This document shows, one piece after another, positions 41,014 through 54,277 of a stretch of DNA of 64,000 nucleotides; within the stretch, counting starts at the first letter, position 1, and each line of letters opens with the position of its first letter. Source of the stretch: Octopus bimaculoides (taxonomy: Eukaryota); contig NC_068982.1 in NCBI RefSeq assembly GCF_001194135.2, positions 154,640,260 to 154,704,259 on the forward strand. Reading direction: 5' to 3'. The notes beneath the pieces were generated by a model. The model saw only the letters and a program-made list of their open reading frames with translations, had not been told where the DNA came from and did not search any database. A program made the position numbers and the translations under genes.

Positions 41014-41684
41014 GAAGGGATAGAACAAAACAGAGGCTAAGAATAACACGAAGTGAGAAGGGAAGTGTGTTCTGTGAGAAGAGGCGCTTAAGTGTGATTT
41101 TATATTTGTGCGAAAGACGGAGAAAGAGGTAGGTTGGTGGTTAGAAAGTTAGAGATATAGATGTGTACATGAAGCTTAGAATAATTGTATGCGTATGTGG
41201 TACATGAATGTGTGTGCGTGTCGGTGCATGAGGCTTATAATGAAAAGAAAAGAAAAGAGGGCGGTAGTGTTTAGAGAGAAAGAAAATATAAAGCTCTAAT
41301 AGTATGATGGCTGGTTGCAAAACAGCAAAGTCGTTTTTACAAGCTGCCATATGTGTTTCAATGCCAGCTCAATAGTGACAGGTGGTAAAGCTGTGAGAGC
41401 AACAGATTGGACTCAAAATGTATACGACACCTCCACCCCATCAACCCCGTCACCACACCAACACCACCCTCATACCGTGTCCCCAGGGCGTGGGAATAAG
41501 CAGCAGATTGTCGGCAGATTTGTTTGTATATTTTTATTTGTAGCTGATTGCTTACACAGATTCATGGAAACATACCTATACACTGAACTATATATCTAAC
41601 TACAAACGACCTTAACAACAATGTGTAAAAAAAAATAATGCAAGTAACGACAATAGCAATAATGATTATCATAATTAGATTCCT

Positions 41685-42690
41685 CTTTTTAATGGCCACA
41701 AGGGCCCATATATGTAATATAAACCGTGTCATATTAAAAGAGGTTACAAACCGAGGTGGGATTTGTGTTTATTTATAATGAACAGAAAGTGGAAAACAAA
41801 AACAATGCAATATATTAAAGCAGGTTAAAAATTTGGGACACAAAACAACAATAACAAAAAAAAAAAGACATCATCCCCCCCACACAGATGTGAGAAAATG
41901 CCACCTGGGTACTCTCGGGGTAACCCACGTGTTTGATCAACTTCAGTACCGATCATTTTCGGCTTTAGTTGAGTTGGAAAGGCTCCCACTTCTACATTCT
42001 CTGAGCTGTGATTTCTCATTTTTTGTTAGAATGTTGTGGTACTCGCCCCCATTTATTTGAAAATCAGTATAATACTTGAATCGCCCTCTTTTAGGGTCAC
42101 TATTAAACCAAGCAATCTAGTATTGTCTTTTGAAGTACTATAAAGTTCAGGCACTCCGTGGGGACTGAATTTTTTTTAAGGGACTTCCATTAACTTTCTA
42201 GTCTTTTGTTTAGGATCACTCAGTTTTTAGCACCTCCTTCTGATCTTAATGCCTAAACAGTTTTCTTCCAGTCCTCTCATCTCGATCTCCTCCCCATCGT
42301 TTCTCAGTTGGATGGTACTTCTGCTCATAGCTTTTATCCTTCCTGTGTTGGAGGAGAAGACTCCTCAGCTTCTCGGTTGTCGTTGTCTCTTGGTAATGGT
42401 AATATTAAGGATGAAGAAATTCATTTTGCTCCCGTTCTGGCTATACTCAGAGTAGTAGACCTTCACTTCAAGAATCTGCTTTTGTTGCTACTGCTACTTA
42501 AACAATTATCTGCTGTCTTCTTTCTTTCTCTTTCCAAAGAGAAGACATTTGTGTCCCCTTTACTACCATGCACGTAGCATGTGGGCCTTCTATTCTGCAC
42601 CACTTTTGCTTGATATTCACACAGATTCCAGCCTTTTCCCCATCCTGTCCAATCAAATCCCATCCATTGAATACCTTCAGATATCATCTA
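41685..42690 (-). mobile_element. Degenerate gag/ORF1-like element without RT (second copy type)
   Basis: Minus ORF 42463-42687 contains VVQNRRPTCYVHGSKGDTNVF, a decayed V.V.GRRP.C..CG..GH knuckle. About 900 bp downstream lie a T-rich tail and the terminus cccttgtggccattaaaa. A similar terminus is at ~48455 (ccttgtggccaataa, minus). Confidence 0.45.
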
Positions 42691-43842
42691 AAAAATGACG
42701 ATAAAAAAGGATCGTTGTAACTACTACTACTATCTTATTGTTATTACCGTATTTCCTTGCTCTATGTACTGCTGCATCAGACTATTGACAGGTGTTTACT
42801 GAACCAGTTCTGCAATTTCTGTTTTGTGCATAAATTTCTCGGTCAAGAAGACACACTCTTTTTGTGCGTGACAGCTCATTCGCATTTCTTTTTCACGAAT
42901 TAAACGTTGCCTAGTATTTCCTTTTGCCTTACAATGCTGGAGGCTGGGTGACACTGTCAATTACGCTTGCCCTAATCAAATGTGAATGTTGGTGTTTACA
43001 AGTATGTTTGTTTGTTTGTTTGTTTTCATTGTCGCTTTTTTTTTCTTCTGATAACTTGTTGTTAGTCGGCTTTCAAAGTTAGGAGGTATATTCTATCATC
43101 AAAAGAAGAGGAATTGTCAATGCTTCCACGCATTTCTATTCACTCAGTTTCACTCACAAGCCTTTGATCATCCCAAACCTGCAGAATAGGTCAGGATGGT
43201 CATGGCTGCAATACTTTAATACCTTTGATCATAGGTTTGCTCGATTATGGCCAACCTTGGTCTAAACACTGCTTGTGACGGTTAGTGGAGACGGTAATAT
43301 TCATTCAGTTGTATATTTTGGGGGGTTTTGCTGTTGTTGTTTAGCCCCAATCAAAGTATTTCAGACGTGACTATCCCGTCTATATTGCAGACGTAATGCG
43401 GCTAAGATCACAGTAAATGTGAATTTTTTTTATGAATAGAAGGTTGTGAGCGGAGGGAGATTTGGTTACTATTTCCTGCTTACTGAGTGATCAAAAATGG
43501 TGATCACCATTGCGGACGGTTAGAATGGTAGCAAGTATCCTTGGTTGTTGCAGTTAAACACCACCACCTGATATTTGGGGGCCTTTAGCAGAGTTCACCC
43601 TATTGTATGCATTGAAACCAGGTGTCCGATTCCAGAATAGCTTCCACTTTACCTCTTAGCATTCTTCAAGGACCCCAAAAGGCGCATAGAGCGGTTTTTC
43701 ATTTGACTAAGTCATTCAACAAGAAAAGTTACCTAACCATCGACAACTGTCTTTCATTAAATTATCATGTTTGATTTGTTGATATAATCATTATACTATG
43801 AAGTATATAACCAACTTGATGTTTTTGTTGGTTTCTCTTTAG

Positions 43843-44024
43843 CTGCCGGTGTAGAAGCTGTGACAGAGGAAAATGTGAAAGAAGTCGTTTGTCAAATGAT
43901 GTCGTTCAATGCATCAACACAGCAATGTCAACAGAAAGCCACCTTTAACTTTCACAGTCTCGAGAAGAAAAGGAAAATTCCAAGTTTCTCTCAGATCCAG
44001 CGGAGACGATCAAAATACCTATAA
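43843..44024 (+). CDS. Coding exon 3 (C-terminus and stop) of Id/emc-like HLH protein
   Basis: Acceptor gtttttgttggtttctctttag|CT completes the phase-1 codon. Open for 59 codons: PAGVEAVTEENVKEVVCQMMSFNASTQQCQQKATFNFHSLEKKRKIPSFSQIQRRRSKYL*. Total CDS is 420 nt = 139 aa. Linkage over a 13-kb intron is inferred from phase and openness only. Confidence 0.75.
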
Positions 44025-44497
44025 TTTCAGTAATGGTATGTTGTTTTCTATATAAATCATAAGGATAACAGAAATACACAAAAATTAGACAGTAAATAGG
44101 CAAAAACGCTATACTTTCTATTCGCCTTACTGGTACCAGTTATTTAGATGTAGTCATGTTGAGACACTGCCATGATTGTGTAGATTAATGCAAACCACAA
44201 ATGAAGATTACATGATACCATATCATACGCGCATACAAACATTCAGACACAAATACATATGTATGTGTGAGTATGTCTCATATGTGATTTGCATTAGCTT
44301 ACACATAATCGCACACAAACACACACATATATGAAGTACGACAGAGGGAGTGAGGGGTACACTGGTAAAGTAGAACATAGAGAAACAGCAAACACGAGTG
44401 ACAAAGGTAGAAAGAAAAGAAACCAAAAGCAAGAGATTACCTTGCTGGAAATTATTAAAGTGTTAACTAGTTGCATGCTCGTTCACACACACGCACG

Positions 44498-44580
<83 letters not shown>

Positions 44581-46189
44581 TTGTTGCTGTGCTAATTCTA
44601 ACTGGAGTGTGTGAGTTAACACTGGTACCTGAAGAAATTTTGGTTGCGTTTGGAAACCATTCAGGGTAACTACATATCAGCCTTGCAATTTAGAAACCAG
44701 CCTTTCTACTGAGAATCAGTTCCTATAAAATGTATATAAATGTGTATTTGCGCGAGTATTTCTAATTTGGAATACAACAGAAAAAGAGAGAAACAAGAAA
44801 AAGTAGATATGCGACAGGAATCTTTGAATTGGAGCTATATAACATTGGGAAGAAAGTACGAGGAGAGTGGTGTTTGCTTTTGTTTTTTGTAAATTCCATC
44901 TAAAACACAATATAAAGAAACTGTTTCTCTATTTCCTTTCAGATAAGAAGAAAAGACAACAAATCGCAGACATAAACAACGAACATATCCATATATGGTT
45001 TTCGAAAATTTCCGCCATTTTTCTGGTGACATTCCGCTGAATTCTTTATTTTTTTCCCTTGCAACTTGCCGCTGGAAGCGAAATATATCCGACATATCTT
45101 CTTCAGCAGGTCTCTTCCTCTCAGAAGCAGTAATAGATTCAGTTGGGAGATACCTGATGCAGAAAAGAGGAGAAGAATGAAAGGCTGAAAGAGAAAGTAT
45201 GAAAGGAAATGCAAGACATTTTAATATCTAATCAACCAAATTCAACTGCCTGGTTCACTTCTAACCAAATATTACACAAAAGAACAAATCACACAGCCTG
45301 ATTGATTGATCAAAGAATATTCAATAAAATAAGTTACCTCCGATGTTGTTTTGAGGAGAACGAAGGGGCCCTTTTTTGTAACTTTCTTACCTGTTTCTAT
45401 TTATTAACACCGAGTCCTTACATAGACAAAAGGTCTCATAATTTTTTTAAGGGACGGGAAATAATATTGCTGTCTCCAACAGCATAAAGGACTCAGATGA
45501 ACTGCAACTGCCACTAGTGAGAATTGAAACGGAGATGTGGATTCTGTACATTGAGAATCACTCCACTCGAACTTTTCAGCACTTTTACTTTTTTGTTTGT
45601 TATTAAAAGTGCTATGGACAACGATACACGATGGTAAAGGTCACAATGAAACAAGCCCACCATCCGGTTTCGATTCTAGTTGGGACCACTTCATTATATG
45701 TTTCTAAATGACATGAATATCATCCACCTCCACCCAACCCCATACTTATACAGTGTATGCTTATGTAAAAAAAAAAAGAAAAGAAAAAAGATTACAAGTG
45801 ATGTGGTGGTATAATATGTCCATGGTGAATTGAATATGTAACCCAAATGTTTGATTTCTTGGAACTGCTCTGCTTACTTCACTAACATAAATTAGTAAAG
45901 CTGCAAACGTCACAAATTTCTCTTATTTCGTTTTCAAACACTAAGGCTTTTATTGCTATGTAAATTACTAAGTTGGCCCACTTTATAGAAGATGCCGTGT
46001 ATTGGTGTATTACTGCATCTAGCTTGATGCCTCATTTACTAGGAAATTACTGTATCTTTCAACGAGATTTCATAAAAATAGTTAATGAAGAATTGTTGAT
46101 ATTGTTGTCACATTGGCTTGTGTAACACCACTTAGATGAGCTCTATTTCTACTATTTTCCAAAACTTATATCCACTTATGAGCCACCCA

Positions 46190-46224
<35 letters not shown>

Positions 46225-48196
46225 CACTCATTGTTATAACACACCTAGTACAGCATCTAGTCCCCATCTAGTCCCCATCCCATAAAACAACATAATACGT
46301 ATGCTAACATAACTGACACCCGACACTGTAACACACATCTCACTCACCACCAACAAATTACACAATCACATTGTACAGAATTTTCTATCCAGTCGCAAAG
46401 CACAACTCACACAATGCATATGCTATACACACAACACAACTCTCACAACACATACGAAATGCAATAACCACCGAACAATTCTGCACATTTCACACTGCAC
46501 ATATCTTACACAACAGAGAAAACACTGACATGATACCAGAAACAACGAAACAGTCCCCACAACAAAGGAAAACTGATTTAGCTTTCAAACTCCATTCTAT
46601 ATCCGTAAGAAACAATACTGAACACGCACCACAGGAACACAGAGGTGCAAACGATGGTGCTTTAGAAACTCGTATAAAACTATTGAAAACATGCTGCTGC
46701 TGATGATGATGATAATAATACTATCAATCCATTTTTGTAGTTTGTATTTCTTGCCACTGTAATTTGATTTTAATTTCCTTATTGTCCCACCACACCATTC
46801 AAGGAATTAATTGGGGCGCAAAGGGTTCCAGCTTGTTATTTCTACATCATCACATAAGTAACTAATCCCACCGATTCTTTAATTACTTTACAAATGCATT
46901 TTAGGTTTTATTCCTTATTTCATTTTTAATATAAATAGATTTGCTTCACTGTTTAAAACGATATTTCATACTGAAATTTTGCATAATAGATTGTTATTCT
47001 AATATAAAAGAAAACTTCATCGTGGTTCAGTGAAACCTGGTGTATGTAATAGCAGCAATATAGTCGAAGAAAGGACTTTCATTCTTAACAGTCCGTGAAA
47101 TAACTACCAGTAATTATTTAGAGTAGATTAGTTGAATTCTATTCCCTTTCATGTAAATATTATTCTTGTATCGAGTCAAAACAAACCGACATTTCATATT
47201 TTGAAAGTTAGTCATCGTTGGTAAATATTTGAAGTTGGTGAAAGCAATGATAGCGAGACTTTTCTTCCTTAGTTCTACTATTGCCAGATCGTGTTGCCCC
47301 CTAATCAATAAAGTGAGCATCAATATGGAAATAATCATATGAAATCACGTGAGAATTAATGTATTACCGCTACTCCCACCGAACTAGTTTCCAATTGAAG
47401 CAATTTTAGATCACTTACGTCGCTAATGTCCTTCTTTCATATGATCCTGTTTCCTTCATCTCTTCTAGGTTTGAGGTAGTACTGGCATCAGTAAATGGTC
47501 ACTAGGTTTCCAGTCAGACAGTCAAACAACAATTTTCCTCCCCCACTTCAACGCTCATTCATCATTCATTACCTGTAGAAATATATAGAGATCAATGAAG
47601 AGTCTATTTTAATCTGCCAATGATAACTAACCCGATTATTATGAAACATAAAGATATATTTCAAGTTAACACTTGGGCAATTGCCGAGATATATTTCATA
47701 ATCAGAAAGGAATAATCACGCAATCGCACATACATACATTCATTACATACGCAAACACATAATTGTTACATCAAGTAAAGAAAATAGCACAAAATCTAGC
47801 ATTGTACACACAACAAATTCAAATCATAGTGGGTGGGATATATATATATATATATAATGGCATGCGTGTGTGTTGTGGGATTGTCATAGTGAAGACAGAT
47901 GGAAGGAGTGTGCGTGTTGAAGAAAGAGTAATAAAAGAAAAATGAGGGAAATATGAAAAGTTTTAGCAGTTCTTTAGATTTCCATTAAACTCCTTAGCTT
48001 ACGGCGGCTGGCTCTTGTCAAAGATAGCTGTGCTCAGCCATATAACTTTCCAATCTTGTTTTCTCTTACTCTACATCGTTCACACGCACTTCCAGCATGG
48101 CAAGCGGACTTCCTGCTTGAATTCCACAATTCTTGCCAGCTTCTGCTCGACATGTGATGAGAATTACAGGAAAATTTAATTTAGAATATAAAAAGA

Positions 48197-48240
<44 letters not shown>

Positions 48241-49859
48241 TCATCGCCACTACTACTACAACTACTTTATTTGCCACAAGTGCAACAGATACAGTACTCG
48301 ATAATGCACGGGAAGAATATGGCTTTTACATCGAAAGTGAACATTAAAACAAGTAGGAGAAATTATATGAATTTCTGAAAAATATAAGGATTTATTTTAT
48401 TGCCAAGAGGCAGACAGATGGTTGACATTACAAAGAGAGTTGATAATTCCTGTTATTGGCCACAAGGGCCTAATACATTAGAGAGAGAGTACAAGGATGA
48501 AATACAAAAATAGAATTAGAAAAATGGCGAGATCAATAATAACAATAAGGAAACAAATAACTAAATGATTGAAGAAAATGAAGCCAGTTAAATTCCATAG
48601 GGAAAGGAGTGTGTCGATTAGAATAGGCGAAGGATATCGTTGGTGTTTATCTAGTAATAAAACAGAACACAAATTCTAAGGCACAATGGCTTATACTTAT
48701 AGCCAAGGGAAATGTCTTTCCCGAGAACTTAACGCTTTAAGTAAAGTAAATCGACTTCAACTGAAATTGAGGACCATCTGGTTGAGACGGCTCACTAATG
48801 ATGTGTATTTAGCTCTGCGGATCATATCACGCGGCTTGAGGGAAATTAATATGAGTTTCTCCCTGTGATAAACAAGGCTGTTATTTTTGTAATGATACAT
48901 GTTGTCGATTGCTTAAGACTCTAATATTTTTGTCTTTTTGCATGATTTCCATCCCCTTTCATTACCAGTATTTTACTGGTATTTGTTTAACGTGACGAAA
49001 TGAAAAGTAATATAGACAACTAGTGATCTCGACAGGTTTTCAATATTAAGGGAAGCAAAATATTAAAGCTAATGTTTTGGGTGTTTACTATATCCTTGGT
49101 CATATTTATTATCAAAATATCAATAATAAATCAAACAATATAAACAGTATAAATAGGAATATTTAAAATCAGCAATTGCTAAAGGAAAAGGTTTTGTTAA
49201 GAAGAAAAAAAGACTATTATGTCTAAAATTCGTTAAATGTCAGGTAGTTTAAATGCAGTTAGTAGTAGTAGTAGTAGTAGTAGTAACGAGACGTAGTGTC
49301 CTGAGAATGCGGTTGGCATCTATCAGCCAGGTTCGAGGACATCCGTTGAAAGGATTTAGTTTTGAAGTTAATGACATCTGTTACCACTGGACTTAGACTT
49401 GTACTGAAACAGGTGCATGGCAAACACCGTATATAATCGTATGTGTGTCATATGTATGTATGTACGTGAAGACCATACGCTAACACACACGCATACATGC
49501 GTGTGTGTTACACTATGGAAGAAGAATAGTAAATCATTTAAGAACACACAAGAATATTATATTCCGTTTTCGTTTATTTCTAAACAGAACAGTCTATCAT
49601 AAGTTGCCAAAAAGTTTCTTTCCACTACAGCGAGCTTTTCACTGACAATTCTGTTGCAAAATCTGTTAGAAGCCCTGATTGCATTAGTGAGACAAAACTT
49701 CTCGACGCTTTATCATAAACGGTACTCTTCAGAAATAAGCGAAAAGTGATAATGTTACATTTTGTGTTGGCCATTCACTGAAATGACTATTATATAGTAG
49801 TGTCTATTGAATCACATGATTTTACATCATATCACTTGACAAGCAGTTACAACTCTTTC

Positions 49860-49986
<127 letters not shown>

Positions 49987-51490
49987 TATTGCATACATGT
50001 ATATATGTACATAAATATATACTTCATATATATATTATATATGTATATCTATACACACAGACATATCGCGATATTAGCGCATACGTATATGGCGCTAATG
50101 TTTACAGGTATTAAAACTGAACACCAAGAACTTTGATCCTCTTCAATTATCTGGATGATAAGCAAAGGCTTTGGGCATCGCCCTACCTTTTTGATTAACT
50201 AATAATAAATATATGCACACATGAGAACGATTTCCTCCATATATATATTATATATGTAGTTTTTCATTTGTACCAAATATTTTACCCATTTGCTATTTTT
50301 GAAAATGAATCTACGCAAAAATTTTACTAAGGACATTTTAAGCCTATTTTGTGCATATTTCAATTATATATAATAATAGCAGCAACAACGATCGTACAAT
50401 TTTACAAACTGTTTCAGTGTCTTTGTTCGTATTATGCCAAACCTAAGTCTTAATTTTAATAACTACCTCCATATCTGACATTATCATAATTCTGATGTTA
50501 TGAATTTGGGATCAATCTTTGAGTTTTCATTTTACCAGGGTCGAGAAAATGTTGAAATCCCCACTCATCGATTATAATACCCCGATCTTCTCGTCTCCAT
50601 TCCTCTCTCTCTTGAAATTTTGTGGCCTTGTTGTTCCAATGTGAGAAATCACTATTTCCTGTTAAACAAGTAAACAAAGGTAAACTGTATGGTGCTGTAA
50701 ACCTGGTTTACATTTTGTTAAAATTTACTAATTTACTTTAATTCAAATATAAAAGAGCAATCCCATGCAAGCAGGATCCTGTNNNNNNNNNNNNNNNNNN
50801 NNNNNNNNNNNNNNNNNNNNNNNNNNNNNNNNNNNNNNNNNNNNNNNNNNNNNNNNNNNNNNNNNNNNNNNNNNNNNNNNNNNNNNNNNNNNNNNNNNNN
50901 NNNNNNNNNNNNNNNNNNNNNNNNNNNNNNNNNNNNNNNNNNNNNNNNNNNNNNNNNNNNNNNNNNNNNNNNNNNNNNNNNNNNNNNNNNNNNNNNNNNN
51001 NNNNNNNNNNNNNNNNNNNNNNNNNNNNNNNNNNNNNNNNNNNNNNNNNNNNNNNNNNNNNNNNNNNNNNNNNNNNNNNNNNNNNNNNNNNNNNNNNNNN
51101 NNNNNNNNNNNNNNNNNNNNNNNNNNNNNNNNNNNNNNNNNNNNNNNNNNNNNNNNNNNNNNNNNNNNNNNNNNNNNNNNNNNNNNNNNNNNNNNNNNNN
51201 NNNNNNNNNNNNNNNNNNNNNNNNNNNNNNNNNNNNNNNNNNNNNNNNNNNNNNNNNNNNNNNNNNNNNNNNNNNNNNNNNNNNNNNNNNNNNNNNNNNN
51301 NNNNNNNNNNNNNNNNNNNNNNNNNNNNNNNNNNNNNNNNNNNNNNNNNNNNNNNNNNNNNNNNNNNNNNNNNNNNNNNNNNNNNNNNNNNNNNNNNNNN
51401 NNNNNNNNNNNNNNNNNNNNNNNNNNNNNNNNNNNNNNNNNNNNNNNNNNNNNNNNNNNNNNNNNNNNNNNNNNNNNNNNNNNNNNNNNN

Positions 51491-52151
51491 TACATATATC
51501 ATATATTATATATATATATTATATAAGATATATATATTATATAAGATATATATACATATATCATATATTATATATATATATTATATAAGATATATATACA
51601 TATATCATATATTATATATATATATTATATAATATATATATACATATATCATATATTATATATATATTATATAAGATATATATATATCATATGTTATATA
51701 TATATATATTATATAAGATATATATACATATATCACATATTATANNNNNNNNNNTATATATATATATATATATTATAAGATATATATATTATATATTTTA
51801 TATATATATATTATATATTTTATATATATATATTATATATTATATATAAATATTATATATTATATATATATATTATATATATGTATTATATATAATATTA
51901 TATATATATTATATATATGTATTATATATATAATATTATATATATATTATATGTATTATATTATATATATATATTATATATATATTATTTTATATATATA
52001 TATTATATATATACTATATTATATATATATATTATATATATTATATATATATTACATATTATATATATATATTATATATGCATTATATATATTATATATA
52101 TATAATATATATATTATATATATATGTATATTATATATATCATATATATAT

Positions 52152-52210
<59 letters not shown>

Positions 52211-52250
52211 GTATATATATGTATATATGTATGAATATATATGTATATAA
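51491..52250. repeat. Almost pure A/T complex minisatellite (~40-45-bp unit tacatatatcatatattatatatatatattatataagatata) decaying into (TA)n/(TTATA)n
   Basis: About 6 imperfect units in 51491-51790, then degenerate TA repeats, next to a large N gap. Confidence 0.85.
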
Positions 52251-53149
52251 ATAATCATTCCAACCAGCATACAAGCCACACAACCTTGATATAATTTGCT
52301 TTGTTGGTATGTATGTATTCTCTGGATAACAACAAGCACAAACACTTATATATAGATATATATATTATATATATATGGGTTAATGTGTGTATAATACAGT
52401 TGAATGTATATATATATATATTATGTATGTATGTATATATACACACTCATATTACTTTTTTGTTCAAATATATAATTGTATATGTAAACTTTATATACGT
52501 GAGGATTGTAAAAAAAAAATATTATTTAATTTGAAAATGTATAAATATGTACAATAAACCTTTTAAAGCATTTATTCTATATTTTTAGTTTTTAATTGTG
52601 AACAACTCTTTCTTTTTTTTCTGTTACACGTTGTTGTTTTTTTTTCTTTTCTTTTGAATGCAAACGTAAATTTCTCAGAGGAGGAACAGTATTCGATCTT
52701 TGTATAGAAAAGTACACCTTAACAAGTGCGTCTGATACAGTTGTTTCTAATCTTTATAATGTGATCAATATTTCGAGTAAAATGTGGACAGGAGTGGTGC
52801 CAAAGGTTTTCTGAATGCATGTAATAGAGGAAGTATGGACAGAAGTTTTTGAGAAGCGAACTGCATGAAGTATGTCTCTTCACCTGGAAAGCCACATTCT
52901 CAGAAAATTCGTTAGGCGTGCCATTCAGAAAGACTTGTGGACCGCAGATTTCTCATGATTGCATTAGTGTAAAGAAGAGGTGGTGCAACATTCCTAGAAA
53001 TTTGAAGGTATTTTTTGTTAGGTGAGCCATTCAGAAAGTCCTGAGGGCTTCAGATTGCCCTACCCTACTTTCGCCTCCACGAAATATAAAATGGAGTCGG
53101 GTTACTTGGTCGAGAAAATCAATGAGCAACCACTTTCTGGCTGTGGCTA

Positions 53150-54275
53150 TACCGTATTACGTGTTCAAAATTCCCAACATTTTATCCGGCCTGTCCTTTT
53201 TAACGACGTTGAATTGTGATGTGGAATCTATTTAGTCACCATTTCTAGCGGATTGCAGTTTCCTCCTTTGTCTTTAAGGTCATGATGAATTATTGTGGCA
53301 CCTCCCAGTACTGTTCTGATCCCGTCTACAGAATTCGTATTTTTTCCGTCCAAATGATTTTGAAGACTGCGAAGTTACTGATAATCAGATGGGGGCAATG
53401 TCCGCCGAATATGGTGGGTTGGGCATCGTTTTCCATTCAAAGTACTCCAGCCTTTGGAATGTCATCATCTCTGTATGTGGCCAAGCATTATCCTGATGGA
53501 AGAACCCCTTTCGTCTTGAAACCAAAGATGGTCGTTTTTCTCTTAGCACTGACTTAAGCCGCTCAAGCTGCTCGCAATAGATCTCCTAAATTATCGTTTG
53601 GTTTGGGTTTAAAAGTTCAAAATGGACTAAACCTTTCATATCCCACCAAACAGATAACAACGCCTTACGTGGGTGAAGACCTTCTTTAGCTTGGGGTGCT
53701 GGTGTTTCTCCTTTCCATACTCACTGTCTTCGGCGCTTGACATTTTTATACAGAATCTATTTCTCGTCACCAGTGACTGTTCGGTCCAGGTTCATTTGTG
53801 AGACGTGACAGGAAACAAGAGCACATATTCACTCTCTGCACGCGATTAGACTCGGTACGTTTGTGAGGAACGCATCGACCCAATTTGCTGAGTTTTCCGA
53901 TGGCATGCAGGTGTCGATGAATGGTTGAATGACTAAATCCAAGATTCTCTGTTAGTTCCTCAACATATACGACGGGATTTTGTTCCACCAGGGTTTGCAG
54001 GACGTGCTCGTCGAGCTCTACAGATCTTTCAAGACGAGGCTCGTCTTGTAGGCTGTAGCTTCTGGTTCAGAATTTCTGAAACCACCGTTGACACTGGGTT
54101 ATGCTTATTGTGCGATCCCCATATACTGCAATAATATTCATAGCACTTTCTGTTGCGTTGTCGCCTTTATTGAACTCATAAAGCAAAATATGCCGAATAT
54201 ACTCCTTTGTCACTTTGGAAAAATAACGGATAAAATCGAACTGCACTCTTCAAAACTTGCACTGAGAATAAGTAA
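53150..54275 (-). mobile_element. Decayed mariner (DD34D-type) transposase, near full length
   Basis: Minus frames give KEYIRHILLYEFNKG..A, WFQKF, GRCVPH (WVPH motif), VTGDEK, HPRKALLSVWWD, HQDNA and PPYSADIAPSDY, with stops and frameshifts. TIRs are not clearly recognisable. Confidence 0.88.
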
Positions 54276-54277
54276 TT

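Noticed and set aside
44036-44041. Donor-like G|GTATGT 11 nt after the HLH stop (possible 3' UTR intron)
   Set aside because: A single short motif with no identifiable partner acceptor; not supportable.
44985-45184. Faint resemblance of SPEKWRKFSKTIY to the N-terminal part of mitochondrial ribosomal protein L22
   Set aside because: Too short, the expected following residues and downstream exons were not found, and it cannot be supported without a search. Kept only as an unassigned exon candidate.
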